From Candidatus Moraniibacteriota bacterium (GTDB lineage Bacteria; Patescibacteriota; Minisyncoccia; Moranbacterales; UBA2206), in NCBI GenBank assembly GCA_030645735.1, contig JAUSNP010000006.1:68095-132094 (forward strand): a DNA stretch of 64,000 nucleotides. Reading direction: 5' to 3'. Position 1 is the first letter of the stretch. Each line of letters begins with the position of its first letter. The position numbers and the translations under genes are program-made. This document shows, one piece after another, positions 26,750 to 36,552 of the stretch. Under the pieces are notes generated by a model. It did no database searches. It was not told the origin of the DNA and saw only the letters and a program-made list of their open reading frames with translations.

Positions 26750-27880
26750 ATGAAATATAAAATAAAGTTGCGCACATTTTCACAAATCACAGCGGTTGGA
26801 ATCGTTTTGTTTTTGACTTTGAGTCATTTGAAATTTGGCATTGAACAGGCAGCACCGATTGATGCCTATTGTCCCTTCGGAGCGATTGAAGGATTTTTGA
26901 CCTATCTTTTCACCGGAGAATATTTGAAACGCATCTATGCTAGCTCATTTATTTTGATGGGTATCTTGTTGGTTTCAACTTTGATTTTCGGTCGAGTTTT
27001 TTGTTCGCATTTCTGTCCATTGGGTGCCATTCAGGAATGGATGCGATCTGTGGGAAGAAAAATTGGCATCAAGAATGATGTCGAATTGCCAGTCAAAATG
27101 GACGCGGTTTTGCGTTATGCTAAATATGTCATTTTGGCAGTGATAATTTATTTTTCCTATCAAGTCGGCGATTTGGTTTTCCGCGCCTATGACCCATTCA
27201 ACGCGCTGATGCATTTCGGGGAAGAATTTGATGAGAAAGTTTTTGGTTATTCAATTCTTGGCCTTCTGGTTTTGGCGTCACTTTTTTCCAAAAATTGGTG
27301 GTGTCGCTATTTTTGTCCGCTTGGTGCAACTTTTGCGATTTTCAAAAAAGTGAGTCCGTTCAAAATTTCCCGCAACGCTTCAACTTGTGTCAGTTGCGGA
27401 ACTTGCACACAGAGCTGTCCAGCTGGTTTGCCAGTGGAAAAACAAGATGAAACAAAATCAGGTGATTGCATCAGTTGCCTGGATTGTGTGAGTGAATGTC
27501 CCGAAAGCAGTTTGAAGGCGCAGGTTTTTGGTTGGGAAATTTCCAAGGCCAAATTTAGCTTGATTGTCATTGGCGCATTCTTTTTGCCACTTCTGATTTT
27601 TATGGCCACACCATTGTGGCAAGTCAAAGCGCCATCCAATATCGTGAATACCGCCGGGGAAGTCGATCTGACCAATTTACGCGGGAGCAACACTCTGCAA
27701 TATTTGATCGATACAACTGGAATCCCACTTTCAGTTTTCCAAGAAAAATTGCATTTGCCAGTGGATGTCGATACAAAACTGAAATTGAAAGACATCGGTC
27801 CGAAATATAACCTCAAAAACTCAGAAGGCGTTTTCATTGAGGCCGAAGAATTTCGTGAGGTGGTTGAGCAATTAAAATAG
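26750..27880 (+). CDS. Membrane 4Fe-4S binding protein (NapH/MauN/NosR-like polyferredoxin)
   Basis: CPFG, GRVFCSHFCPLG, WCRYFCPLG and two CxxCxxCxxxCP motifs. Confidence 0.88.
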   Translation: MKYKIKLRTFSQITAVGIVLFLTLSHLKFGIEQAAPIDAYCPFGAIEGFLTYLFTGEYLKRIYASSFILMGILLVSTLIFGRVFCSHFCPLGAIQEWMRSVGRKIGIKNDVELPVKMDAVLRYAKYVILAVIIYFSYQVGDLVFRAYDPFNALMHFGEEFDEKVFGYSILGLLVLASLFSKNWWCRYFCPLGATFAIFKKVSPFKISRNASTCVSCGTCTQSCPAGLPVEKQDETKSGDCISCLDCVSECPESSLKAQVFGWEISKAKFSLIVIGAFFLPLLIFMATPLWQVKAPSNIVNTAGEVDLTNLRGSNTLQYLIDTTGIPLSVFQEKLHLPVDVDTKLKLKDIGPKYNLKNSEGVFIEAEEFREVVEQLK

Positions 27881-27899
27881 GCATAGACAGGGCAAGCTA

Positions 27900-28099
27900 T
27901 TGACAGTCTGATGTAAATCCCATAAACTTAATTCGTTCAACGCAACTCTGGGCTGGTTCATTTGAGCAGAAAATGAATCGGGCACCTTCGACAATCTGCA
28001 TAGGAGGGTAGCAGCAAAGAAAAAATAAAAAATTAGGAATTTTCAAAGGCACCCTGGACCTCAACTAGCTTCGGCTGGAAGAGGTCTGGGGATTTTTTT
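27900..28099 (+). ncRNA. Promoter-to-terminator unit with no credible ORF (candidate small RNA or empty module)
   Basis: TTGACA-17-TAAACT at 27900, internal hairpin, GGAGG, strong terminator 28052-28099. Confidence 0.4.
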
Positions 28100-28312
28100 A
28101 TTTTCCGTCCCTTTTTTAGAACCACTTTTTTCCAATTTTTCAACCCCTTGACAAGTCTCAATTTTGGGAGTATACTTCAGAGCTAACAAAATTAACAATC
28201 GCAAAAACTCAAAAGTCATAAAAATAGAATGAGACCTGAAAATCCATAACTATTTAGGGCGCTGTGACAAAAAGACTGCACAAAGTTTGGTGCAGGGCTC
28301 TAAGTCAACTAT

Positions 28313-28633
28313 ATGACCAGCTCGATCAAGGCATTAAGATCAACTTTCAATCTTATGCTGTCTATTGTCGAGTTGATAATTGGATTGAGTTTTGCAATTA
28401 GAATCTTTAGTTCGGATATAACTTCCAATGGAAGTCTTGCCGATTTCGTTTCAGAAACTTCTGGAAAAATAAATTCCAACACATCTTCGTCTTTTGGAAA
28501 TTTGCAATTGACTGGCCCACTGACATTTTTAGTTTTCATATTAGGCTTCATGCTTTTTTCCGCCGCACTTTTTTCGCAAGTTCCGAGAATTCTGCAGCAA
28601 AGAAAAAAAGACTTGGAAGTGGAGATGGATTGA
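28313..28633 (+). CDS. Small membrane protein (two TM helices)
   Basis: 106-aa hydrophobic ORF downstream of TTGACA...TATACT near 28148-28176. Confidence 0.6.
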   Translation: MTSSIKALRSTFNLMLSIVELIIGLSFAIRIFSSDITSNGSLADFVSETSGKINSNTSSSFGNLQLTGPLTFLVFILGFMLFSAALFSQVPRILQQRKKDLEVEMD

Positions 28634-28787
28634 AAAAATGCGCATGGATGCTGGCTTTCAAGTTGGCAGGGGCAGAGTATTGACAGATTTCCTAGAGATA
28701 CTAGCGCTATTTTTCAACTAGGTGTATAATATCTATTGTAATCGCACTAACGTGATTGCAACTAATAAATAATTTAAACAAAACACT

Positions 28788-29069
28788 ATGGCAAAGATGA
28801 CAAAGTCACAATTGCTCGTTACGCTTTCTGAGCAATCAGGGCTAGCAAAGAAGGACGTGAAAAACTTTTTCGATGTGCTAACTGCGTTGGCATACAAAGA
28901 AGTGAAGAAGAATGGAGAGTTCGTTCTACCTGGATTTGGTAAAATGGTGAAAGCAAAAAGAAAAGCACGCGCTGGAGTTAATCCTGCAACTGGAGAAAAA
29001 ATTCAAATCGCTGCAAAAACTGTTGTTAAATTCAGACTAGCTAAAGCAGCTAAAGAAGCTGTTCTATAG
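28788..29069 (+). CDS. hup: Histone-like DNA-binding protein HU
   Basis: LPGFGK, RKARAGVNPATGEKIQI, VKFR. Confidence 0.95.
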   Translation: MAKMTKSQLLVTLSEQSGLAKKDVKNFFDVLTALAYKEVKKNGEFVLPGFGKMVKAKRKARAGVNPATGEKIQIAAKTVVKFRLAKAAKEAVL

Positions 29070-29131
29070 GTCTATCTGAAATCATGCAAAAACACCCCGA
29101 GTAATCAGGGTGTTTTTGTTTTTTATGCTGG

Positions 29132-31180
29132 CTATTTCTTGGCCGGCGAATATTCAATGCGAATTTCCACTTCGTCGCTATCCAATTTTTTAGCTTTCTT
29201 TTCAGAGATTTTTTTGCCACTAGCTTTTTTGATGTAAGTTACTTTTTCAACAATATTATCTGGCGCTTTGTTAGTGTCAGGCGCTTTGTCATAGGCGATA
29301 AAAGGGTCGACAGGATAATCATTCAAAACTTGCGACATAAATTTGTTCCAGATGGGTGCGGCTACATACGATCCATCAGCGCCGGCGCGCATTGGATGAT
29401 TATTATTATTGCCGACCCAGACACCTGTGGTAATGCTAGGTGTGAAGCCGACTGTCCAAGCATCTTTGAATTCAGAAGTGGTGCCCGTTTTGGCTGCGAC
29501 AATTTTGCCAGGAATGAACAATTTATTGTTCGGTCCAAAAATTGGCACGCGCGCCGCGTTGTCAGACAGGATGGAATTTATCTTGCGGGCAATTTGTGGA
29601 TCAAGTACAGACTCATTTTGCGCAGTCGGGGCATAGAGAGTCTTGCCGACGCTGTCTGTGACTTTCAAAATGGCTGTGGGTGAATTCTTTTTTCCATCGT
29701 TGGCAAAAACTGCATAACCAGCTGTTTCATCCAACAATTTCACTTCTCCGCCACCCAACACCAAAGAGAGTCCATAGCGATTGGTTTCATTGAGAGTGGT
29801 GATGCCAAGGCGGTGAGCTAAATCAATGGTAGCTTGCACGCCAGCCAGAGAAAGTGTTTTGACAGCTGGCACATTGAGAGACATTGCCAACGCTTGGCGC
29901 ATAGTGACCACACCATGAAATTTGCCGTCATAATTGCGCGGGATATAATGTTTGCCAGAACCATCAGCTCCAAAGTCAGTTTTGGCATCAAGAATTCTTG
30001 TTTCTGGTTGATAGCCTTTTTCAAAAGCAGTGGCATAGGCGAAAGGCTTGAAAGATGATCCGGGTTGGCGCGGTCGAGTGGTCACATTGACTTGTCCATC
30101 AATCGAATCGTCATAATAATTTTTACTGCCAACCATCGCTAAAATTTGTCCGCTCTTTGGATCTAGCGAAACCAAAGCGGCGTTGGAAGCGCCATATTTT
30201 TTCAGATTAGCGTCACTTTCAGTCAATATTTGCTCGGCCAACTTCTGTTTATTATAATCCAAAGTTGTATACACCCGCAGGCCGCCTTGTTCAAGGACTT
30301 GCGTGCCAAATTGTTTTTCCAATTCATCACGGACATAAAAAACAAAATGCGGGGAATCAATCATAGCTGCAAAGGGAATGATTTTTTCGGTGATAGGAAC
30401 GGCTTTGGCCGCCACAACCTTGGTGCGAGTTGCTAATTGTAAAGTACCAATTCGATCGAGAATTTTTTGTTGACGAGACAGCAATTCATTCAAGTGATTG
30501 CCAAAGGGCGAATAATAGCTGGTGGCTTTGGGCATAGCCGCTAACAAGGCTGCTTCATCCAAAGTCAGGTCTTTAGCATTTTTTCCAAAAAAAGTTTTAG
30601 CCGCCGCCTCAACGCCATAGGCATTGGAACCATAGGGGATTTCATTGAGATACATATCCAAGATTTGATCCTTGGTATATTTCTTTTCGATTTTTATGGC
30701 GATGACAAGTTCGATGATTTTTCTACGAAGAGTTTTTTCGCGGCCAAGAAAAGCATTGCGAGCCAGTTGCTGAGTAATCGTTGAGGCTCCTTGTGACATG
30801 CTATTTTTTTGGATATTGTTCTTCAATGCTCGCGCGATGGAAAAAAGGTCAATGCCAAAATGGCGATAGAAGCTGTCATCTTCGGCTGCAATGGTGGCAA
30901 CGCGAATTGAATCGGGAATTTCATCGTGAGTCAGAATTATGCGATTTTCTTCGCCATGAATTTCATACAGAATGTGCTGACCAGTTCGATCATAAATCAG
31001 CGTAGTTCGCGGAGATAGGCGCTTGGTTAGATTTACAGCAATAGGCGCCTGGAAATAGATATATAATAGGACGCCGAAACCAAAGGCACCCAGCATTAGA
31101 AAAACATTGAAAGAAATAAGGATGATTTCTTTAATCACCATTTGCGGGCTTATTTTACCATTTTTTTTGATAAATCCCAT
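29132..31180 (-). CDS. Class A penicillin-binding protein (PBP1A family)
   Basis: EDDSFY, GASTITQQL, YLNEIPYG, GSSFKP, SLN, KTGT. Confidence 0.95.
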   Translation of the reverse strand: MGFIKKNGKISPQMVIKEIILISFNVFLMLGAFGFGVLLYIYFQAPIAVNLTKRLSPRTTLIYDRTGQHILYEIHGEENRIILTHDEIPDSIRVATIAAEDDSFYRHFGIDLFSIARALKNNIQKNSMSQGASTITQQLARNAFLGREKTLRRKIIELVIAIKIEKKYTKDQILDMYLNEIPYGSNAYGVEAAAKTFFGKNAKDLTLDEAALLAAMPKATSYYSPFGNHLNELLSRQQKILDRIGTLQLATRTKVVAAKAVPITEKIIPFAAMIDSPHFVFYVRDELEKQFGTQVLEQGGLRVYTTLDYNKQKLAEQILTESDANLKKYGASNAALVSLDPKSGQILAMVGSKNYYDDSIDGQVNVTTRPRQPGSSFKPFAYATAFEKGYQPETRILDAKTDFGADGSGKHYIPRNYDGKFHGVVTMRQALAMSLNVPAVKTLSLAGVQATIDLAHRLGITTLNETNRYGLSLVLGGGEVKLLDETAGYAVFANDGKKNSPTAILKVTDSVGKTLYAPTAQNESVLDPQIARKINSILSDNAARVPIFGPNNKLFIPGKIVAAKTGTTSEFKDAWTVGFTPSITTGVWVGNNNNHPMRAGADGSYVAAPIWNKFMSQVLNDYPVDPFIAYDKAPDTNKAPDNIVEKVTYIKKASGKKISEKKAKKLDSDEVEIRIEYSPAKK

Positions 31181-31370
31181 ATATTTGGCACATCCCTATT
31201 TATATACTAGCATGATTAGCTATTCTACGGTAAATTGCGGAATTGTCAATTTGACAGAATATATCATATGACTCATAATATGAACATAGAGGTGAATGGG
31301 GGAATGACCGGTCGATCTTCCGATAAACCCAGCATTTCAAAAAAGCTAATAAATCAAAGAAATTACTAAA

Positions 31371-31715
31371 ATGACAGAAATTATTCAAGACAGAGACTTC
31401 GTTGAATATGTTGTGAAACAAATTGTTAACAACCCAGACGCAGTTAAAGTTGACAGAAAGATTGATGAAATGGGTGTTCTTATCACTTTGGACGTAGCTC
31501 CAGAAGATATGGGCATGGTGATCGGTCGAGAAGGAGCCACAGCTAAAGCTCTTCGAACTTTGCTTCGCGTTATCGGAGCCAAGAACAACGCTAGAGTTAA
31601 TCTAAAGATTAACGAGCCAGAAGGGTCAACTCGCGAACCACGCGAACCCCGCGAACCTCGTGAGGCTGCAGCAAAGAAAACGATTGATGAAGTTGTTGGA
31701 GACATCCAATTCTAA
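31371..31715 (+). CDS. khpA: KH-domain RNA-binding protein KhpA
   Basis: DMGMVIGREGATAKALRTLL; upstream of trmD. Confidence 0.9.
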   Translation: MTEIIQDRDFVEYVVKQIVNNPDAVKVDRKIDEMGVLITLDVAPEDMGMVIGREGATAKALRTLLRVIGAKNNARVNLKINEPEGSTREPREPREPREAAAKKTIDEVVGDIQF

Positions 31716-31835
31716 TATTAGCCACTTTTATTTCTGATTTGTTTCCTCACAGAGACAAATTGGATATTCAGCAAAAAAGGCCGTAACTGGTCTTTTTTGT
31801 TTTGTTTTAGGCTCACATTATGTTATTATTAATAC

Positions 31836-32504
31836 ATGTTAAAGTTCGACATAATCACAATTTTCCCTGAGATTTTCGATTCATATTTTTCTGAGTCGAT
31901 TCTTGGGCGTGCGCAAGCGGAAGAATACATTTCCATCGAAATTGAGAATTTGCGTGACTATACTGATGACGCTCGCAAAACAGTGGACGACACGCCCTAT
32001 GGTGGTGGCGCGGGTATGGTTATGAAAGTCGAACCAATTTTCAAAGCTTTGGAGGATGTGAAAAGCAAAAATGGAATCGACAAAGAAAAGACGCGTGTCA
32101 TTTTATTTTCCGCCAAGGGCAAGCGTTATACACAAAGAGATGCCGAAAGATTGTCACAATATGAGAATTTGATTTTGTTGTGTGGTCGCTATGAGGGTGT
32201 GGATGAACGCGTGGTGGAAAATTTGTGTGACGAAGAAATTTCTATTGGCGACATGGTTTTGACTGGTGGAGAGATTCCGGCCATGGCAGTGGTGGACAGC
32301 ATCACACGACTTCTTCCAGGCGTGTTAGGCAATGCCGAGTCGATTGAAATTGAATCTCATAGTGAAGATGGCTATTTGGAATTTCCCCAATATACCAAAC
32401 CAGAAGAATTCAATGGCTGGAAAGTTCCAGAGGTTTTGCTGAGTGGGGATCATAAAAAAATAAAGCAATGGCGTGAAGATCATTCCCAGAGAAAAATCAG
32501 CTAA
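31836..32504 (+). CDS. trmD: tRNA (guanine-N1)-methyltransferase
   Basis: VDDTPYGGGAGMV, CGRYEGVDER, SIGDMVLTGGE. Confidence 0.97.
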   Translation: MLKFDIITIFPEIFDSYFSESILGRAQAEEYISIEIENLRDYTDDARKTVDDTPYGGGAGMVMKVEPIFKALEDVKSKNGIDKEKTRVILFSAKGKRYTQRDAERLSQYENLILLCGRYEGVDERVVENLCDEEISIGDMVLTGGEIPAMAVVDSITRLLPGVLGNAESIEIESHSEDGYLEFPQYTKPEEFNGWKVPEVLLSGDHKKIKQWREDHSQRKIS

Positions 32505-33609
32505 AAATGAGAATGGCAAAATGGATGCAGTTTTGATGTATGCCGTTTTTGGCTTGTTAGTTTTTGGTTTGATTATGATCGCTAGCGCTGGCGTGGGCTA
32601 TGCGCGGACGCGTTTTGGTGATGAATATTATTTTTTTAAGCGGCAACTTTTGTTTGGAATTTTACCAGGACTTTTGATTTTGACAATTATAAAAAATATT
32701 GATTATCGCATTTGGAAAAAGTTTTCTTTCATAGCTTTTGTGGTTAGTATTATTGCGCTCATTTTGGTTTTTGTGCCAGGCTTTGGAACAAAGATTTATG
32801 GCGCCAATCGCTGGTTGCAATTGGGACCTTTGTCATTTCAACCAGCAGAGATGTTGAAAATTTCTTTGATTCTATATTTAGCAGCGTGGCTAGAAAGCCG
32901 TCGCGAAAAAATTACCGATTTTTATGAAGGTTTGATGCCATTTGTGATGATTGTTGCCTTGGTCAGTTTTTTGCTCATCAAACAACCCGACATTGGAACG
33001 CTGGGTGTGACGATTCTCATCGCTATGTCAATTTTCTTTGTGTCAGGTGCTAAAATTTCTCACATGTTTGCAATGGGTGTGGCTGGTTTTCTTGCACTTC
33101 TAGCGCTGATTAAATTCGAATCATATCGTATGGATCGTCTGTTGGTTTTTTTGCATCCGGAATTGGATCCGCGCGGGATTGGCTATCAGATTAATCAAGC
33201 GTTGCTAGCTATTGGCTCTGGCGGAATTTTTGGGGTTGGGTTGGGTCACAGTTTGCAAAAATTCAACTATCTGCCAGAACCGGTAGGTGATTCAATTTTT
33301 GCCATCATCGGAGAGGAATTGGGATTTTTTGGCGAATTTGTTTTGATAATGCTGTTTGTGGTTTTCTTTTTGCGTGGACTGCGCATTGCCAAAAATGCGC
33401 CAGATATGTTTGGAAAATTGGTGGCCACTGGTATCGTGTCTTGGATAACCTTTCAAGCATTCATAAACATCTCGGCAATTTCCGGACTCATTCCGTTGAC
33501 AGGCATCCCATTGCCGTTCATTAGTTATGGAGGCACCTCAATCATTTTTTTATTAACAAGCGTTGGAATTTTATTAAATATTTCAAAACAAACAAACTTA
33601 AACAGTTAA
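32473..33609 (+). CDS. ftsW: SEDS protein FtsW
   Basis: GANRWL, QPAEMLK, QPDIG, GYQ, LPFISYGG; precedes murG; start may be 32521. Confidence 0.92.
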   Translation: MKIIPREKSAKNENGKMDAVLMYAVFGLLVFGLIMIASAGVGYARTRFGDEYYFFKRQLLFGILPGLLILTIIKNIDYRIWKKFSFIAFVVSIIALILVFVPGFGTKIYGANRWLQLGPLSFQPAEMLKISLILYLAAWLESRREKITDFYEGLMPFVMIVALVSFLLIKQPDIGTLGVTILIAMSIFFVSGAKISHMFAMGVAGFLALLALIKFESYRMDRLLVFLHPELDPRGIGYQINQALLAIGSGGIFGVGLGHSLQKFNYLPEPVGDSIFAIIGEELGFFGEFVLIMLFVVFFLRGLRIAKNAPDMFGKLVATGIVSWITFQAFINISAISGLIPLTGIPLPFISYGGTSIIFLLTSVGILLNISKQTNLNS

Positions 33610-33686
33610 TAAAGTCAAAAGTCTATAAAGTCTATAAAGTATTGTAATGAAATAACTTTACGAACTTTCATCTTTATAAACTTTAT
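33610..33686. repeat. Short-period AAAGTC/ACTTT hairpin repeat
   Basis: Tandem AAAGTC(TAT) units followed by complementary ACTTT units. Confidence 0.65.
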
Positions 33687-33698
33687 GAACTCAATTTT

Positions 33699-34799
33699 AT
33701 GAAGATTATATTAGCGGGCGGAGGAACAGGTGGGCATTTGATGCCATTGGTGGCAGTGGCCAGAAAAATCAAAGAGAAGGCGCCAGACACAACTTTTGTT
33801 TTTGTCGGTCCAAAAGGCCAAATGGAAGATGACATCATTGGCAAAGAAGGGATTCCGATGCGAGCGATTGCCACTGGCAAATTGCGTCGCTATTTTTCTT
33901 TGAGCAATTTCACTGACATCTTTCGGATTCTGTTTGGAATTTTGCAATGCATGAAAATTTTGTTGGCAGAAATGCCAGACGCAGTTTTTTCCAAAGGTGG
34001 TTATGCTTCAATTCCAGTGGTTTTTGTAGCTTGGATGTATCGCATTCCAATTATGATTCACGAGTCTGACGCAGTGCCAGGAATGGCGAATGGAATTTTG
34101 AGCAAATTTGCAGATCGTGTGGCAGTGACATATCCAGAAGCGGAAAAGGAATTTCCATCTGCGCAAGTTGTAGTGACAGGCAATCCGATTCGTGAGGATG
34201 TCAATCTTGGTGATGTGGCCAAGGCGCGTCAAATGTTTGAACTGACTGAATCGAGAAAAACAATTTTTGTTTATGGTGGATCACAAGGTGCCAAGATTAT
34301 TAATGATAAAATAGTGGAATTGTTGCCGGAACTTTTGAAAAGATATCAAGTCATTCATCAAACTGGACAAAATAATTTTGAGGATGTGAAACATATGGCT
34401 GGCGAATTGGGTATCAAGGCTGGACGAGAAGGCTATCATCCGCTTTCTTTTATCGGTGAAGAATTGAAGGATATTTTTGCAGTTTCAGATTTGGTAATTT
34501 CTCGCGCTGGAGCCACATCAATTGCGGAAATTGCCGCTAATGGCAAACCAGCAATTTTGATTCCCATTGACAAGTCAGCCAACAATCATCAGCGAATGAA
34601 TGCCTATGCGATTGCCAAATTTGGCGGATGTGTAGTTTTGGAGGAAAATAATTTAGGCGAAAATTTATTTTTGAGCAGAATTAATGAAATTTTGGAAAAT
34701 GATGAGTTTCGACAAAAACTAGCCACAGATATTAAAATATTTTACCATCCAGATGCAGCTGACAAAATTGCGGATGGAGTGTTGGGTATGATTAATTAA
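33699..34799 (+). CDS. murG: UDP-GlcNAc:lipid I GlcNAc transferase
   Basis: GGGTGGH, GGYAS, GNPIR, GGSQG, SRAG, HQ..NA. Confidence 0.97.
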   Translation: MKIILAGGGTGGHLMPLVAVARKIKEKAPDTTFVFVGPKGQMEDDIIGKEGIPMRAIATGKLRRYFSLSNFTDIFRILFGILQCMKILLAEMPDAVFSKGGYASIPVVFVAWMYRIPIMIHESDAVPGMANGILSKFADRVAVTYPEAEKEFPSAQVVVTGNPIREDVNLGDVAKARQMFELTESRKTIFVYGGSQGAKIINDKIVELLPELLKRYQVIHQTGQNNFEDVKHMAGELGIKAGREGYHPLSFIGEELKDIFAVSDLVISRAGATSIAEIAANGKPAILIPIDKSANNHQRMNAYAIAKFGGCVVLEENNLGENLFLSRINEILENDEFRQKLATDIKIFYHPDAADKIADGVLGMIN

Positions 34800-34842
34800 G
34801 ACTCACTAATTGAAGCTAATTAAAAAACGAATGGAAACGAAT

Positions 34843-36207
34843 ATGCTAGATTTGTCAAAAATTAAAAAAGTATATGTTATTGGCATCAAGGGTTCTGGTG
34901 TGATTGCTTTGGTGCAAATTTTGCAATCGATCGGGATTGAAATAACGGGCTCAGACACGCATGAAAAGTTTTTCACTGATGAAGTTTTACAAAAGTTGGG
35001 TATCCAATATTTTGAAAATTTTGCGGCGAAAAATATTCCGGCTGACGCTGATCTGATTTTGTATTCGACAGCCTACAATGAGCATAACAATATTGAGTTT
35101 GCCCAAGCAAAAAGCCACAATTTTACAATGATGAGCTATCCGGAATTGTTGGCGCAACTTTTCAATCAAAAATATGGCATCGCGGTTTGCGGGACACATG
35201 GCAAAACTACAACCTCCGCCATGTTGGCCTATGTGATGCAACAAGTTGGAACTTCGCCAACAGCTGTGATTGGCAGTCGCGTGCGCCAATGGGGTTCCAA
35301 TGCGTTGATCGGCAATGGTGAGACATTTGTGATTGAGGCCGATGAGTTTCAAAACAAATTGGCGCTCTATGAGCCTAAGGCGGCGATTTTGACCAGTGTG
35401 GACTATGATCATCCGGATTTTTATCCAACTTTTGCCGAATATAAAAAAGCTTTTGAAGATTTTGTGATGAAGATTCCCAAAATTGGATTTTTGGCTGTGT
35501 GGGGAGATTCAGTGGCCACCAATGAGGTGGTGTGTGGCGCGCAGTGTGAAATAATAAAATATGGCTTCCAAGAAGACAATGATGTGGTGATTGTAAAAAA
35601 AGATGCACAGAATTTTGCTGTGATTTATTCTGGCAAAGACCTAGGTGATTTCGCAATGCAATTAGTTGGCGATCATAATATTTTGAATGCTGTTTCAGTG
35701 ATTATTGTGTGTCATAAATTGAATTTAGATATGGAAAAAGTGCGTGAAGCTTTGCGGAATTTTGAAGGTACTTCTAGAAGATTTGAAATTGTAGGACAAA
35801 GAAATGGCGCGATTTTGATTGATGACTATGGTCATCACCCAGAAGAAATCAAAGTGACTTTGAAAGGCGCGCGCGAGAAATATTCCGACAAAAATTTGAT
35901 TGTAGTTTTTCATCCGCATTCCTATTCACGCACTGAAGCTCTGTTGCAAGATTTTGCGCAAAGCTTTGATGATGCGGACAAGGTGATTGTGTTGGATATT
36001 TATGGTTCGGCCAGAGAAAATACTGGCAAGGTTTCTTCATTAGATTTGGTGAATCTGATCAACAAATACAATCGCGACAAAGCCGAGCACATTCCAACTA
36101 TCGATGAATGCGTCGAATCTTTGCAAGACAAAATTGGTGACCAAGACATCGTCCTCACCATCGGCGCCGGCAATGTTTTTGAGGTGGTGAATAAATTGAA
36201 ACAATAA
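34843..36207 (+). CDS. murC: UDP-N-acetylmuramate-alanine ligase
   Basis: IGIKGSG, GTHGKTTT, EADE, DDYGHHP; start uncertain (34810-34843). Confidence 0.95.
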   Translation: MLDLSKIKKVYVIGIKGSGVIALVQILQSIGIEITGSDTHEKFFTDEVLQKLGIQYFENFAAKNIPADADLILYSTAYNEHNNIEFAQAKSHNFTMMSYPELLAQLFNQKYGIAVCGTHGKTTTSAMLAYVMQQVGTSPTAVIGSRVRQWGSNALIGNGETFVIEADEFQNKLALYEPKAAILTSVDYDHPDFYPTFAEYKKAFEDFVMKIPKIGFLAVWGDSVATNEVVCGAQCEIIKYGFQEDNDVVIVKKDAQNFAVIYSGKDLGDFAMQLVGDHNILNAVSVIIVCHKLNLDMEKVREALRNFEGTSRRFEIVGQRNGAILIDDYGHHPEEIKVTLKGAREKYSDKNLIVVFHPHSYSRTEALLQDFAQSFDDADKVIVLDIYGSARENTGKVSSLDLVNLINKYNRDKAEHIPTIDECVESLQDKIGDQDIVLTIGAGNVFEVVNKLKQ

Positions 36208-36227
36208 TTTTTTTAATTTATAAAAAC

Positions 36228-36527
36228 ATGACAACAAATGAATTTCAAGAAATGTGTGCCAAGACGGTAGGCGATATTGATGCAAAATATAATATTATTC
36301 GTGATCCCCACTTTAGTTTTACGCAATTTATTGAAGAAGTTGGTGAACTAGCAAAAGAAATAAATAAACCAAGATTGCGCAATAAAGAAATAGATCGAGA
36401 AAATCTAAATGGCGAATTTGCTGATGTTGCATTACAGTTTTATGCACTTGCTAAAATATTAAATGTTGATGTGGATGAAGCGGTGGCGTCAAAAACTAAG
36501 ATATTAAAAGAAAGGCATAATTTATAA
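36228..36527 (+). CDS. MazG-like pyrophosphohydrolase
   Basis: EEVGELAKE, EFADV. Confidence 0.8.
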   Translation: MTTNEFQEMCAKTVGDIDAKYNIIRDPHFSFTQFIEEVGELAKEINKPRLRNKEIDRENLNGEFADVALQFYALAKILNVDVDEAVASKTKILKERHNL

Positions 36528-36552
36528 TCTTTGATAAAAGTAAATTAGGATA

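Noticed and set aside
28250-28310. c-di-GMP or other known riboswitch before gene 28313
   Set aside because: Stems exist (TTAGGGC/GCTCTAA, CTGCAC/GTGCAG), but I cannot match conserved aptamer nucleotides.
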